Notes: generated from the sequence alone by a model not told the origin. A DNA stretch of 64,000 nt from an uncultured Actinomycetota bacterium (GCA_963730005.1 CAVSPO010000014.1:82650-146649), one strand, 5' to 3'. Positions 10,693 through 20,009 are shown, numbered from the stretch's first letter. Made by a program: numbers and translations.

Positions 10693-11427
10693 GTGTCTGA
10701 TGGCAGCAAGAGACGTTCGCCGGTCTCCGATCTGACTGCGGCCCTGGAGGTTCGCCGCCGGGGCCAACGCCGGCGCCTGATGCGGTTGGTGAGCCTGGTC
10801 ACGCTGATCGCACTGGTCGTGGGCGGGCTGGTGTACCTGTTCGGCTTCTCGCCGGTGTTCGACGTGCGCCAGGTCAAGGTCAAGGGTCATCAACTGGCCA
10901 ACCCCAGACAGGTGGTCGCCGCTGCTGCGGTGCCGCCCGGCACCCGCATGGCGCGGGTGGACAGCGACGCCGTGCAGGAGCGAGTGAAGGCGTTGCCGAT
11001 GGTGGCTGAGGCCCGCGTCGGCCGGAGCTGGCCGCACACTCTGCGAATCACCGTGACCGAGCGCACGATGGTTTTTCAGCGGGCTGAAGGCAGTGAATTC
11101 CAGTGGGTTGACGCAGCGGGCAAAGTGTTCCACCAAACCGGTGATCGGCTGCCAGGGCTGGTGGTGCAGAGCGGCAGCACCGACCCGAGACTGTTGGCGG
11201 CCGTGGCAGTCGTCACCAAGGCTCTTCCGGCCGAGATCACGGAACGAACAACCGGCCTGATCGCCGCGTCTGCGGACAACCTGGTCCTCGAGCTGGATTC
11301 GGGACAGCAGGTGGTCTGGGGGAGCGCCGAACAGTCGGAGCTGAAAGCCGAGGTGCTGTCGAGGCTGCTGGCGGAGAAGGGGCAGGTCTTCGATGTGTCC
11401 GCCCCATCGCACCCAGCGGTGCGCTGA
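10693..11427 (+). CDS. ftsQ: Cell division protein FtsQ (POTRA domain)
   Basis: Basic N-terminus, single TM (LVSLVTLIALVVGGLVYLF), then a POTRA-like FDVRQVKVKG. In-frame GTG at 10693 chosen because the track start (10651) overlaps murC. Confidence 0.85.
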   Translation: MSDGSKRRSPVSDLTAALEVRRRGQRRRLMRLVSLVTLIALVVGGLVYLFGFSPVFDVRQVKVKGHQLANPRQVVAAAAVPPGTRMARVDSDAVQERVKALPMVAEARVGRSWPHTLRITVTERTMVFQRAEGSEFQWVDAAGKVFHQTGDRLPGLVVQSGSTDPRLLAAVAVVTKALPAEITERTTGLIAASADNLVLELDSGQQVVWGSAEQSELKAEVLSRLLAEKGQVFDVSAPSHPAVR

Positions 11428-11667
11428 TCGGGCGGCGGGGGAGCCGACGTCAAGCAGCCTCGCGGGCCCAGGCGCAGTTCGCGGGAACCGACCTCAACCC
11501 GGGGTTTAGGCTCTGTGTCCCGGTTGCCGAACCGGATGGACAGCCGATGCGGCGCGCACCTAGCCTTCTAGGGACGTGACACTGGCCGGCTCTGACGGAG
11601 CAGGCTGGTCACCAAGGCGTGCCCGTGTCGGGTCGTCGGTACCTATGGAGAAGTGGGGCTCACCTTC

Positions 11668-12852
11668 ATGACAACTGCATCGCAGAACTACCTGGCGGTC
11701 ATCAAGGTCGTGGGTGTGGGCGGTGGCGGCGTCAACGCGGTCAACCGGATGATTGAGGCGGGGCTCACCGGAGTTGAGTTCATCGCCATCAACACCGATG
11801 CGCAGGCGCTGCTGATGAGCGACGCCGACGTGAAGCTCGACATCGGACGCGAGCTCACTCGCGGCCTCGGCGCCGGCGCGGACCCCGAGAAGGGCCGTCA
11901 GGCGGCGGAGGACCACGCCGAGGAGATCGAGGAAACCCTCAAGGGCGCCGACATGGTCTTCGTCACGGCGGGCGAGGGCGGTGGCACCGGCACCGGCGGG
12001 GCCCCCGTGGTGGCCAAGATCGCCCGGTCGTTGGGCGCCCTCACCATTGGTGTGGTCACCCGCCCCTTCAGTTTCGAGGGCAAGCGTCGCGCCCTTCAGG
12101 CCGACAACGGGATTCAGAGCCTCTCCCAAGAGGTTGACACCCTGATCACCATTCCCAACGACAAACTGCTGGCCATGACAGATCGTCAGGTCAGTGTGCT
12201 GGACGCCTTCCGGCAGGCCGACCAGGTGCTGATGCAAGGCGTGTCAGGCATTACTGACCTGATCACCACGCCAGGCCTGATCAACCTCGACTTCGCCGAC
12301 GTCAAGTCGGTGATGAGCAACGCGGGCAGTGCGCTGATGGGCATCGGCTCGGCTCGCGGCGAGGACCGTGCTCGTCAGGCCGCCGAACAGGCCATCAGCA
12401 GCCCCTTGCTGGAGGCCGGTATCGAGGGCGCCCGCGGCGTGCTGCTGTCGATCGCCGGTGGCTCCGATCTCGGCTTGTTCGAGGTCAGTGAGGCCGCCAA
12501 CCTGATCGAGGAGGCCGCCCACGAGGAGGCCAACATCATCTTCGGCACTGTCATCGACGACTCGCTCGGTGATGAGGTGCGGGTCACCGTGATTGCGGCG
12601 GGGTTCGACGGCGGGCAGCCGCCGCAGCGTCCGGCAGCGCCGCAGCAGCGACGCTCGACACCGCCTCAGCAGCAGGGTCGCGCCGCCACCCCAGCGCCGG
12701 TGGTGCGTCCGCAGCCGCCCGTGCAGCCCCCTGCAGAGGAGCTCGAGGAACACACCGATTCGGTTCGTCTGTCTGCTGTCAAGCCGGCGGCTCCCGCTGC
12801 TGCTGTTGCCTTCGACGACGACGACCTGGACATCCCTGACTTCATGAAGTGA
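11668..12852 (+). CDS. ftsZ: Cell division GTPase FtsZ
   Basis: [22 protein letters not shown]-terminus, tubulin signature GGGTGTG, P/Q-rich linker, C-terminal [11 protein letters not shown] peptide. ATG 11668 is preferred over the track GTG 11653 by N-terminal alignment to known FtsZ. Confidence 0.96.
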   Translation: MTTASQNYLAVIKVVGVGGGGVNAVNRMIEAGLTGVEFIAINTDAQALLMSDADVKLDIGRELTRGLGAGADPEKGRQAAEDHAEEIEETLKGADMVFVTAGEGGGTGTGGAPVVAKIARSLGALTIGVVTRPFSFEGKRRALQADNGIQSLSQEVDTLITIPNDKLLAMTDRQVSVLDAFRQADQVLMQGVSGITDLITTPGLINLDFADVKSVMSNAGSALMGIGSARGEDRARQAAEQAISSPLLEAGIEGARGVLLSIAGGSDLGLFEVSEAANLIEEAAHEEANIIFGTVIDDSLGDEVRVTVIAAGFDGGQPPQRPAAPQQRRSTPPQQQGRAATPAPVVRPQPPVQPPAEELEEHTDSVRLSAVKPAAPAAAVAFDDDDLDIPDFMK

Positions 12853-12855
12853 TCG

Positions 12856-13635
12856 ATGTTCGCCAGCAGCATCGATCCTGGGTCCAACGACGGTGTCGGC
12901 GTCGCCTTCACTGACCGCCTCGGTGGCGTCTCCGCTGGTCCGCTGGGCGCCCTGAACCTGGGGCGAACCGACGTTGACGACCCGGCCGCCGTCGCGGAGA
13001 ACATGCGACGCGTCCTGGCATCGCTCTCGGTGTCACGCGTCGTGGCCCTGAACCAGGTGCACGGCACCAGGGTGGTCGTGGTGGCAGAGCAGGCTGTCGC
13101 AGAGCAGGGCCCCGATGACTGGTTGGGGGACGCACTGCAGGGCCGACAGCCGCTGGCCGTGGCCGATGCCGTGGTGACGGCCTGCACTGACCTGGCGCTG
13201 GCCATCCGGGTCGCCGACTGCGTCCCGGTCCTGCTGGCCGACACCCAACGCCGGCTGATCGGCGCCGCTCACGCCGGCCGGGTGGGCCTGCTGGGTGGGC
13301 TGCTGACCAGGACGGTCGAACAGCTGCGCGCCCTCGGCGCGGAGGACCTGCAGGCGTGGATCGGGCCGCACATCTGCGGAGGCTGCTATGAGGTGCCCGA
13401 TGAGCTGGCGAGCGAGGTGGCTCGCACCCGCCCGCAGGCCGTGGCCGCCACCTCGTGGGGCACCAGGTCACTGGATCTGGGGGCTGCTTGTGCGCAGGAG
13501 TTGGCGACGCTCGGAGTGCGGGTTCAGCGCGATGACCCCTGCACGTACGAGAACGATTCGCTCTACAGCCATCGTCGGCAGGGTGGTTTGGCGGGCCGCC
13601 AGGTGGGTCTGATCTGGATGAGTGCCAAGAAATGA
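12856..13635 (+). CDS. pgeF: Peptidoglycan editing factor PgeF / YfiH (DUF152, laccase-domain) family protein
   Basis: YfiH-like sequence (AFTDRLGGVS, HGTRV, ADCVPVLL, GPHICGGCYEV). Conserved position after ftsZ. Confidence 0.88.
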   Translation: MFASSIDPGSNDGVGVAFTDRLGGVSAGPLGALNLGRTDVDDPAAVAENMRRVLASLSVSRVVALNQVHGTRVVVVAEQAVAEQGPDDWLGDALQGRQPLAVADAVVTACTDLALAIRVADCVPVLLADTQRRLIGAAHAGRVGLLGGLLTRTVEQLRALGAEDLQAWIGPHICGGCYEVPDELASEVARTRPQAVAATSWGTRSLDLGAACAQELATLGVRVQRDDPCTYENDSLYSHRRQGGLAGRQVGLIWMSAKK

Positions 13636-13740
13636 CCGATCCCTGGCGCGGCAATGACGGAGCTACCGGGTCCAGCTTGTAACCTCGTGATGACCGGGCG
13701 GGTCCTTTCCGTCGGGTGCCGCGTCGAGAAGGGGCCTGCA

Positions 13741-14259
13741 ATGCCGGAATTGATCAAGAAGGCCGCAGCCTGGCTGGGCCTGGTCAATGACGATCGCTAC
13801 GACTACGACGAGGAGTCGGATGAGGAGTTCAGCGAACCCGTCTACCCGACCAGGGATCGCACCTCGGCGGACGACCAGAACCGCGCCGTGGAGCATTCAA
13901 CTGTGACTCGCCTGCCCGACCGCCGCCCTCCCGCCGAAGCCGTGGTGGTGCACGCTGCCCACGAGTTGGTGCCCAGCGGGGATCTCACCCGGATCATCAC
14001 GGTGCATCCGCGCAACTACAACGAGGCGCGCACCGTGGGTGAGCATTTCCGCGACGGAGTGCCGGTCATCATGAACCTGACCGACATGGATGACTCGGAC
14101 GCCAAACGGCTTGTCGACTTCGCGGCCGGATTGAGCTTCGGCTTGCGGGGCAGCATTGAGCGAGTCACCAGAGGCGTGTTCCTGCTTTCGCCGCGAAACG
14201 TGGACGTCACCGCGGAGGACAAGGAACGTATTGCCGGCGGTTTTTACAACCAGAGCTAG
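13741..14259 (+). CDS. sepF: Cell division protein SepF
   Basis: N-terminal amphipathic [15 protein letters not shown], acidic linker, SepF core ([22 protein letters not shown]). ATG 13741 with GAGAAGGGG upstream. The track start at 13654 is likely over-extended. Confidence 0.9.
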   Translation: MPELIKKAAAWLGLVNDDRYDYDEESDEEFSEPVYPTRDRTSADDQNRAVEHSTVTRLPDRRPPAEAVVVHAAHELVPSGDLTRIITVHPRNYNEARTVGEHFRDGVPVIMNLTDMDDSDAKRLVDFAAGLSFGLRGSIERVTRGVFLLSPRNVDVTAEDKERIAGGFYNQS

Positions 14260-14269
14260 GTTTGCCTCC

Positions 14270-14560
14270 ATGACCTTGATCGGCCTCGCCCTTTACTACC
14301 TGCTACAGATCTTCTTCTGGCTCTTGTTGTTGCGCATGGTCTTGTCGTGGATTCCGGTGTTTGCGCCGAACTTCACGCCACGGGGGTTTCTCGCCGCCAT
14401 CTTCGAGGCCATCTTCACCGTCACAGATCCGCCGCTGAAGCTGGCGAATCGTTTCATTCCGCCGCTGCGTCTGGGGACCGTGGGTCTCGACGTGGGGTTC
14501 ATGGTTGTGGTGCTCGCTGTGATCGTGGCAGAGCGTCTGGTGCTGACTGTTTTCTTCTAG
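14270..14560 (+). CDS. yggT: YggT/YlmG family membrane protein
   Basis: Small two-TM protein (LLRMVLSWIPVF motif) in the conserved position between sepF and divIVA. ATG 14270 chosen within track ORF 14156..14560. Confidence 0.85.
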   Translation: MTLIGLALYYLLQIFFWLLLLRMVLSWIPVFAPNFTPRGFLAAIFEAIFTVTDPPLKLANRFIPPLRLGTVGLDVGFMVVVLAVIVAERLVLTVFF

Positions 14561-14697
14561 CGAGTCGTCAGGCGTGTGCCTTTCAGCCGCTCGGGGGTAA
14601 CCTGCTGGGGAAGGATCAGTCCCGCCCGAGTAACTGGAGTGTGGCAGGCTGGTGTCTTGGCTGTGCAACCCTGACCCTGAACGACCTGGAGTAGACC

Positions 14698-16290
14698 ATG
14701 ACTCTGTCCCTTGACGAAGTTCGCAATATTCGTTTCCCGATGGCACGAAAGCCATCGGAGGATGGCTACCGGGCCAGCGCAGTTGACAATTTCATGGACC
14801 AGTTGGAAATCAGCTACGCAGACCTTGTGAACGACATCGAGGAGCTTCGCAGTCAGGTCGGCAGCCAGGGTTCTGCTGCTGACGAGCAGCTGCGCAAGGA
14901 CCACGAACAGCTGCAGGCCGAGGCGACGCAGCTTCGTTCCCGCATCGACGAGTTGGTGCGCAGCAATGAGCAGCTGAATGAGGCCGTGGCCAAGGGCGAC
15001 CAGGGCGCCGAGCAGCTGCGCAATGAGCTGCAGGCCGAGGTCGCCGAGCTTCGCGCCCGCAACGAGGAGTTGGTGCGCAGCAATGAGCAGCTGAATGAGG
15101 CCGTGGCCAAGGGCGACCAGGGCGCCGAGCAGCTGCGTGATGAGCTACAGGCAGAACTGGACCAGCTTCGCGCCCGCAACGACGAGTTGGCGCGCAGCAA
15201 TGAGCAGCTGAATGAGGCCGTGGCCAAGGGTGACCAGGGCGCCGAGCAGCTGCGCAGCCAGTTGCAGGCCGAGAATGATGACTTGCGTCGTCAGCTGGGC
15301 CAGACCCAGCAAGCCGCTCAGGAGGAAAGCGACCAGCTGCGTCAGCAGGTTCAGGGGCTGCAGCAGCAGGTCGTGCAGTTGCAGGAACAGTCCCCCAACG
15401 TGCCGGCGGACGCCGAGTCCATTCACTATGAAGCCGGGGCCGGCTCCGAGGCGATAGTCGTCAGGACCGCTGCTGAGGCCAGTCCCGCCGTGATTCGCCT
15501 GGTGCAACTGGCCACCGAGCAGGCCGACGCCCTGTTGAACGAGGCGAAGGCCAACGTCTCGCAACTGACCGGCGAAGCCGAGACGAAGGCACACGGTTTG
15601 GTGGCCGACGCCACGCAACAGGCCACCAAGTTGACCACGGAGGCGCAGCAGGAGGCTGAGCGCGTCACGTCCGAGGCCAATGCGACGGCTGAGCGCGTCA
15701 CGAGCGAGGCCAATGCGACGGCTGAGCGAGTCACGAGCGAGGCCAACGAGTACGCCCAGCGGGTCACGAGCGAGGCCGACACGACGGCTGAGCGCGTCAC
15801 GTCCGAGGCCAATGCGACGGCTGAGCGAGTCACCAGCGAAGCCAACGAGTTTGCCCAGCGGGTCACCTCGGAGGCCGAGCAGCGGGCCAGCGAGCTGACC
15901 AGCGAAGCGCAGCAGCAGGCCGACCAGATGCGCGGGGAGGCCCAGCGCAACGCCGACCAGCTGATCAGCCAGGCCCACCAGACTGCGGAGACTGTCACGT
16001 CGGAGGCTCAGAGCCGGGCAGATCGGCTCGACGGCGAGGTGGCCGAGCGCAGGCAGTCGTTGTTCACCCAGTTGGAGCAGGAGCGCGACACGCTGGCGAA
16101 CCGGGTGCAACAGCTGGCCGGCTACGAGTCCGATTACCGTTCCCGCATCTCCACGTTCCTGCAGCGCCAGCTGGAGAACGTCCAGAATGCCGAGCTCGCC
16201 GGTGAGCGTCCCAGTCTGGTCGATGAGGCGAACGCAGGCGCAGGCAACGCCACGCCGAGGCTGGATGCCTTGCTGGGCGAAGACCAGTAA
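14698..16290 (+). CDS. divIVA: DivIVA-domain polar scaffold protein (Wag31-like), unusually long (530 aa) with internal tandem repeats
   Basis: N-terminal DivIVA lipid-binding domain (LSLDEVRNIRFPMARKPSEDGYRASAVDNFMDQL). C-terminal coiled coil (YESDYRSRISTFLQRQLE). GGAG sits 6 nt upstream of the ATG. Confidence 0.93.
   Translation: MTLSLDEVRNIRFPMARKPSEDGYRASAVDNFMDQLEISYADLVNDIEELRSQVGSQGSAADEQLRKDHEQLQAEATQLRSRIDELVRSNEQLNEAVAKGDQGAEQLRNELQAEVAELRARNEELVRSNEQLNEAVAKGDQGAEQLRDELQAELDQLRARNDELARSNEQLNEAVAKGDQGAEQLRSQLQAENDDLRRQLGQTQQAAQEESDQLRQQVQGLQQQVVQLQEQSPNVPADAESIHYEAGAGSEAIVVRTAAEASPAVIRLVQLATEQADALLNEAKANVSQLTGEAETKAHGLVADATQQATKLTTEAQQEAERVTSEANATAERVTSEANATAERVTSEANEYAQRVTSEADTTAERVTSEANATAERVTSEANEFAQRVTSEAEQRASELTSEAQQQADQMRGEAQRNADQLISQAHQTAETVTSEAQSRADRLDGEVAERRQSLFTQLEQERDTLANRVQQLAGYESDYRSRISTFLQRQLENVQNAELAGERPSLVDEANAGAGNATPRLDALLGEDQ
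14947..15297 (+). repeat. 3 tandem copies of a 117-bp (39-aa) coding repeat inside divIVA
   Basis: Copies start at 14947, 15064 and 15181. The first ~72 nt of each are nearly identical (..GAGTTGGTGCGCAGCAATGAGCAGCTGAATGAGGCCGTGGCCAAGGGCGACCAGGGCGCCGAGCAGCTGCG..). Protein unit is ELVRSNEQLNEAVAKGDQGAEQLR.... Confidence 0.95.
15589..16050 (+). repeat. Array of 14 in-frame 33-bp (11-aa) repeats inside divIVA; 7 near-identical core units at 15655-15885
   Basis: Units begin every 33 nt from 15589 (AERVTSEANAT, AERVTSEANEY, AQRVTSEADTT ...). Units 15688-15786 and 15787-15885 form a 99-bp higher-order duplicate. Confidence 0.93.
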
Positions 16291-16305
16291 CTGCCAGCAC
16301 TTCAG

Positions 16306-16348
16306 AAACCACGCATGGGCTCCGGGATCCGGGGCCCATGCGTGGTTT
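16306..16348 (+). terminator. Strong hairpin terminator after divIVA
   Basis: AAACCACGCATGGGCTCCGG / CCGGGGCCCATGCGTGGTTT forms about 20 bp of stem with a 3-nt loop (GAT), followed by TTTGT. It starts 16 nt after the divIVA stop. Confidence 0.75.
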
Positions 16349-16523
16349 GTCGTGACAGGGGACTGCCGGCCATCGCCGGGCCGCGCGCGACAACAGGCCA
16401 GTTCCCGGTGCGTCTGTCCAACGGGCTGCATGGACTTGACCGGGGGTGTAGCCTCTGCTTTTCAGCAACCCAAGGCGCAGCCACCCGGCGGTTCGCCGTT
16501 GTCGATGAGAAGGGAGTGCGTGC

Positions 16524-16961
16524 ATGGCAACCAAGTCAGGCGCGGCTCAGCAGAGGGTCAGCGAAGCCGTAGCGCTGCCGGTGCGTGAGGGGGAAGCTCC
16601 TTGGACCGCCGCTGAGATTGACGAGATTCGCGCCGAACTGCAGGCCGACGTCGACCGAATGGCCAAGGCCATCGCAGAGGCTGAGGCCGATCTGGCAGAT
16701 CTGCTCAACGACGGCCCGGACGGGGCCGGCAAGGATCCGGCCGATGTGGGCTCGTCGAACTTCGAACGTGACCAGGAAATGAGTCTGGCGGCCAACACCC
16801 GTGAGATGTACGAGCAGACGCAGCTTGCGCTGCGATTGTTGGACGAGGGGCGTTACGGCTGGTGCGAGTCCTGCGGCGGCCCGATCGGCAAGGCCCGGCT
16901 GCAGGTCTTCCCGCGGGCCACGCTGTGTGTGCCGTGCAAGCAACGCGAGGAACGTCGCTGA
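16524..16961 (+). CDS. TraR/DksA-family C4 zinc-finger transcriptional regulator
   Basis: C-terminal CESCGGPI...CVPC zinc finger after a coiled-coil region. AAGGGAG SD. Typical actinobacterial neighbour of lspA. Confidence 0.85.
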   Translation: MATKSGAAQQRVSEAVALPVREGEAPWTAAEIDEIRAELQADVDRMAKAIAEAEADLADLLNDGPDGAGKDPADVGSSNFERDQEMSLAANTREMYEQTQLALRLLDEGRYGWCESCGGPIGKARLQVFPRATLCVPCKQREERR

Positions 16962-17578
16962 GCTCGCCGCGAGCCGCCGAAGCAACGCTCCTGCGGCGTG
17001 AGCGCTGGCTCCTTGTCGGGGTAGCTGTCGGCGGCTATCTTCTCGACCGGGCGACCAAGATCTGGGCCGTGCGGAATCTGGACCCGGCCGATCCGCCCAG
17101 CTATCTTGGCGGGCTCCTGAAGCTCCGGTTGATCTTCAATCCCGGGGCCGCCTTCAGTTTCGGCTCGAGCTTCACCATCGTGTTCGGTCTGCTCGCGATC
17201 GCTGCCTTGGTCGTTCTGTTGGTGGGGGTGGTGCCGAAGGTGCGGGGCTGGTGGCCCAGTCTCGCTTGTGGGTTGCTGCTGGCAGGAATCGCTGGCAACC
17301 TGACGGACCGGCTGATCCGGCCACCCGGTGTCTTGCGAGGCGAAGTCGTCGATTTCATCGCGCTGCCCAACTTCGCCATCTTCAACGTGGCTGACATCTG
17401 CCTCACAGCAGCGGCTCTCATCATCGTGATCCTGGCGCTGTTCGGTAAGGAGACGGTCGCTGCTGGGCCCACTGGCGGCGAGCCGGTTGCAGTCCACGAA
17501 GCTGAGACGGTGCAGCACCAGCACTCGGCCACCGATCCGGGCCAGGGTGATGGGCGTGATCCGGGGAGACAGGGATGA
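16934..17578 (+). CDS. lspA: Lipoprotein signal peptidase (signal peptidase II)
   Basis: Four-TM protein with NPGAAFSFG and FNVADICL motifs. Start is uncertain. The only in-frame candidates are GTG 16925, GTG 16934 or CTG 16958, all overlapping or abutting the upstream gene. Confidence 0.85.
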   Translation: MQATRGTSLSSPRAAEATLLRRERWLLVGVAVGGYLLDRATKIWAVRNLDPADPPSYLGGLLKLRLIFNPGAAFSFGSSFTIVFGLLAIAALVVLLVGVVPKVRGWWPSLACGLLLAGIAGNLTDRLIRPPGVLRGEVVDFIALPNFAIFNVADICLTAAALIIVILALFGKETVAAGPTGGEPVAVHEAETVQHQHSATDPGQGDGRDPGRQG

Positions 17579-18495
17579 GCGTGCTGTTCGTTCCCGACGG
17601 GTTGGACGGTGAGCGGGTCGATTCAGCGGCCGCCCGCATGACGGGCCTGTCGCGCGCGCGGGTTGTCGAGCTGATCGAATCCGGTGATGTCAGCCTGGAC
17701 GGAATCGTGGTGCAGAAGCCGTCCCAGCGCGTCGCCGGCGGCCAGTTGCTCGATGCTGACCTTTCCGAGCCGGTGCGGACTGCCCGCATCGTTCCACGTC
17801 AGATCGAAGGGATGCGCGTCGTCTTCGACGACGACGCCATCGTGGTGGTGGACAAACCCGCCGGCGTGGCGGCGCACCCGTCGCTGGGCTGGGACGGTCC
17901 GGATGTGCTCAGCGGTCTGGTGGGAGCTGGGTACCGGATCACGACGTCCGGGGCACCCGAGCGTCAGGGGATCGTGCAGCGCCTTGATGTCGGCACCTCG
18001 GGCCTGATGGTGGTGGCCAAGTCGGAGCGTGCCTACACCGTGCTCAAGCAGGCGTTTCGCGACCGAACGGTCGACAAGGTGTATCTGGCGGTCGTCCAGG
18101 GCCATCCCGACCCGCTCAGCGGCACCATCGAGGCGCCCATCGGGCGTCACCCCAGCGCGGAGTGGAAGTTCGCCGTGCTGCAAGGCGGTCGGCACTCGGT
18201 CACCCACTACGAGACGCTGGAGGCCTTCCGGCCAGCCAGCCTGCTGCGCATCCATCTCGAGACGGGCCGGACCCACCAGATCAGGGTGCACATGGCTGCC
18301 GTCCGCCACCCTTGTGTGGGCGATCCCCTGTACGGCTGCGATCCGGCGCTGGCTGCGCGGGTGGGGCTGGAGAGGCAGTGGCTGCACGCCCATCAGCTCG
18401 GATTCGTCCACCCAGAGACCGGCTCCCACGTCGTTTTCGAGTCACCGCCCGCAGTCGACCTGCAACGCGCGTTGGAGATCATGCGGGCAGAATGA
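17575..18495 (+). CDS. rluD: RluA-family 23S rRNA pseudouridine synthase (RluD-like, S4 domain)
   Basis: N-terminal S4-like domain, catalytic [15 protein letters not shown] motif, ATGA overlap with lspA. Confidence 0.9.
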   Translation: MSVLFVPDGLDGERVDSAAARMTGLSRARVVELIESGDVSLDGIVVQKPSQRVAGGQLLDADLSEPVRTARIVPRQIEGMRVVFDDDAIVVVDKPAGVAAHPSLGWDGPDVLSGLVGAGYRITTSGAPERQGIVQRLDVGTSGLMVVAKSERAYTVLKQAFRDRTVDKVYLAVVQGHPDPLSGTIEAPIGRHPSAEWKFAVLQGGRHSVTHYETLEAFRPASLLRIHLETGRTHQIRVHMAAVRHPCVGDPLYGCDPALAARVGLERQWLHAHQLGFVHPETGSHVVFESPPAVDLQRALEIMRAE

Positions 18496-18536
18496 CCGAA
18501 TACCGCGCGCCAGCCCTCCCTCTTTTGGCAAAGCGG

Positions 18537-18542
18537 TAGCGT
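18537..18542 (+). promoter_or_regulatory. Putative -10 hexamer (TAGCGT) placed for a leaderless pyk mRNA
   Basis: TANNNT hexamer followed by exactly 6 nt and then the pyk GTG (18549). No purine-rich SD in between. Confidence 0.4.
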
Positions 18543-18548
18543 TCTAGC

Positions 18549-19970
18549 GTGCGTAGAGCAAAGATCGTGTGCACTCTTGGTCCCGCAACGGACACCCAGG
18601 AGCGAATGGAAGAGCTGATTCGGGCTGGTCTGGATGTCGCCCGTTTCAACATGAGTCACGGCACTCACGAGGAGCACGCCCGGCGTCTCGCCGAGACGCG
18701 CGCCGCTTCAGATTCCGTTGGCAAGACGATCGGCTTGCTGGCTGACCTGCAGGGGCCCAAGATTCGGCTGGGCAATTTTGCTGACGGGCCGGTCGAGCTG
18801 GTCGAGGGCCAGACCTTCACCATCACCGTCGACGACATTCTCGGTGATGCCGAACGTTGTGGCACCACCTTCAAGGGCCTTCCCCGCGACGTTCGCCCCG
18901 GCGACGCCATCCTGATTGACGATGGCCGTGTGCAGCTGGAGGCCGTCAGCGTCACCGACACCGATGTGGTCACCAAGGTGGTGGTGGCCGGTCCGGTCAG
19001 CAACCACAAGGGCATCAATCTGCCGGGCGTGGCCGTCAACGTGCCTGCCCTGTCGGAGAAGGACGAGGACGACCTGCGCTTCGCCTTGCGCAATGACTTC
19101 GACATGATTGCGCTGTCGTTCGTGCGCAGCCCCCGCGACGTCGACCGGGTGCACGAGATCATGGACGAAGAGGGGCTCACCCTTCCGGTCATAGCCAAGA
19201 TCGAGAAGCCGCAGGCCGTCGAGAATCTGGATGGGATCATCGCGGCGTTCGATGCCTTCATGGTCGCTCGCGGCGACCTCGGCGTCGAGTTGCCCCTTGA
19301 AATCGTGCCGATGGTGCAGAAGGAGATCATCACCAAGGCGCGCACCGAGTCAAAGCCGGTCATCGTCGCCACCCAGATGCTGGACTCGATGATCCACGCT
19401 CCCAGCCCTACTCGCGCCGAGACCAGCGACGTGGCCAACGCCGTTCTGGACGGGGCGGACGCCGTCATGCTGTCCGGTGAGACTTCGGTGGGCGCCCATC
19501 CGGTCCGCACAGTGGCCACGATGGCGCGGATCATCTCCAAGACCGAGGAGCTGGGGCTGGCCCGGATCAGCCGGATCGACTGGAAGCTGGGAACCGTCAG
19601 CGGTGCCGTGACACACGCAGCTGTGGACGTCGGCGAGATCGTGGGGGCCACGCATCTGGTGTCCGGCACCCAGTCGGGCGACACCGCCCGTCGGCTCGCC
19701 AGGTACCGTGGCTCGATTCCGCTGATCGCCTTCACCCCGGTGTGCAAGACCGCCCACGCCTTGACCTTGCTGTGGGGCACGTCCATCTTCCACCTGGACG
19801 ATTACCAGACCACCGAGCAGATGTTGCACCTGATCGACAAGAAGCTGGTGGAGCGTGGTGTGTGCAAGCCCGGCGACAAGGTTGTCGTGGTGTTCGGCGA
19901 GCCGGTCGGCGTGCCAGGCCACACCAATTCGCTGAACGTGCACGTCGTCACGGACCGGGCCACCTACTAG
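18549..19970 (+). CDS. pyk: Pyruvate kinase
   Basis: MRRAKIVCTLGPAT N-terminus matches pyruvate kinases from residue 1. MVARGDLGVE and other PK motifs. Confidence 0.96.
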   Translation: MRRAKIVCTLGPATDTQERMEELIRAGLDVARFNMSHGTHEEHARRLAETRAASDSVGKTIGLLADLQGPKIRLGNFADGPVELVEGQTFTITVDDILGDAERCGTTFKGLPRDVRPGDAILIDDGRVQLEAVSVTDTDVVTKVVVAGPVSNHKGINLPGVAVNVPALSEKDEDDLRFALRNDFDMIALSFVRSPRDVDRVHEIMDEEGLTLPVIAKIEKPQAVENLDGIIAAFDAFMVARGDLGVELPLEIVPMVQKEIITKARTESKPVIVATQMLDSMIHAPSPTRAETSDVANAVLDGADAVMLSGETSVGAHPVRTVATMARIISKTEELGLARISRIDWKLGTVSGAVTHAAVDVGEIVGATHLVSGTQSGDTARRLARYRGSIPLIAFTPVCKTAHALTLLWGTSIFHLDDYQTTEQMLHLIDKKLVERGVCKPGDKVVVVFGEPVGVPGHTNSLNVHVVTDRATY

Positions 19971-20009
19971 CCTGCCTGTCACAGGTGCCAGGCACGCAGC
20001 CGGAGAACT

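Noticed and set aside
14947-16050. Regularly spaced repeats that might be mistaken for a CRISPR-like or intergenic repeat array.
   Set aside because: The repeats are in-frame, lie within the divIVA ORF, are contiguous without unique spacers, and encode coiled-coil or amphipathic helix modules.
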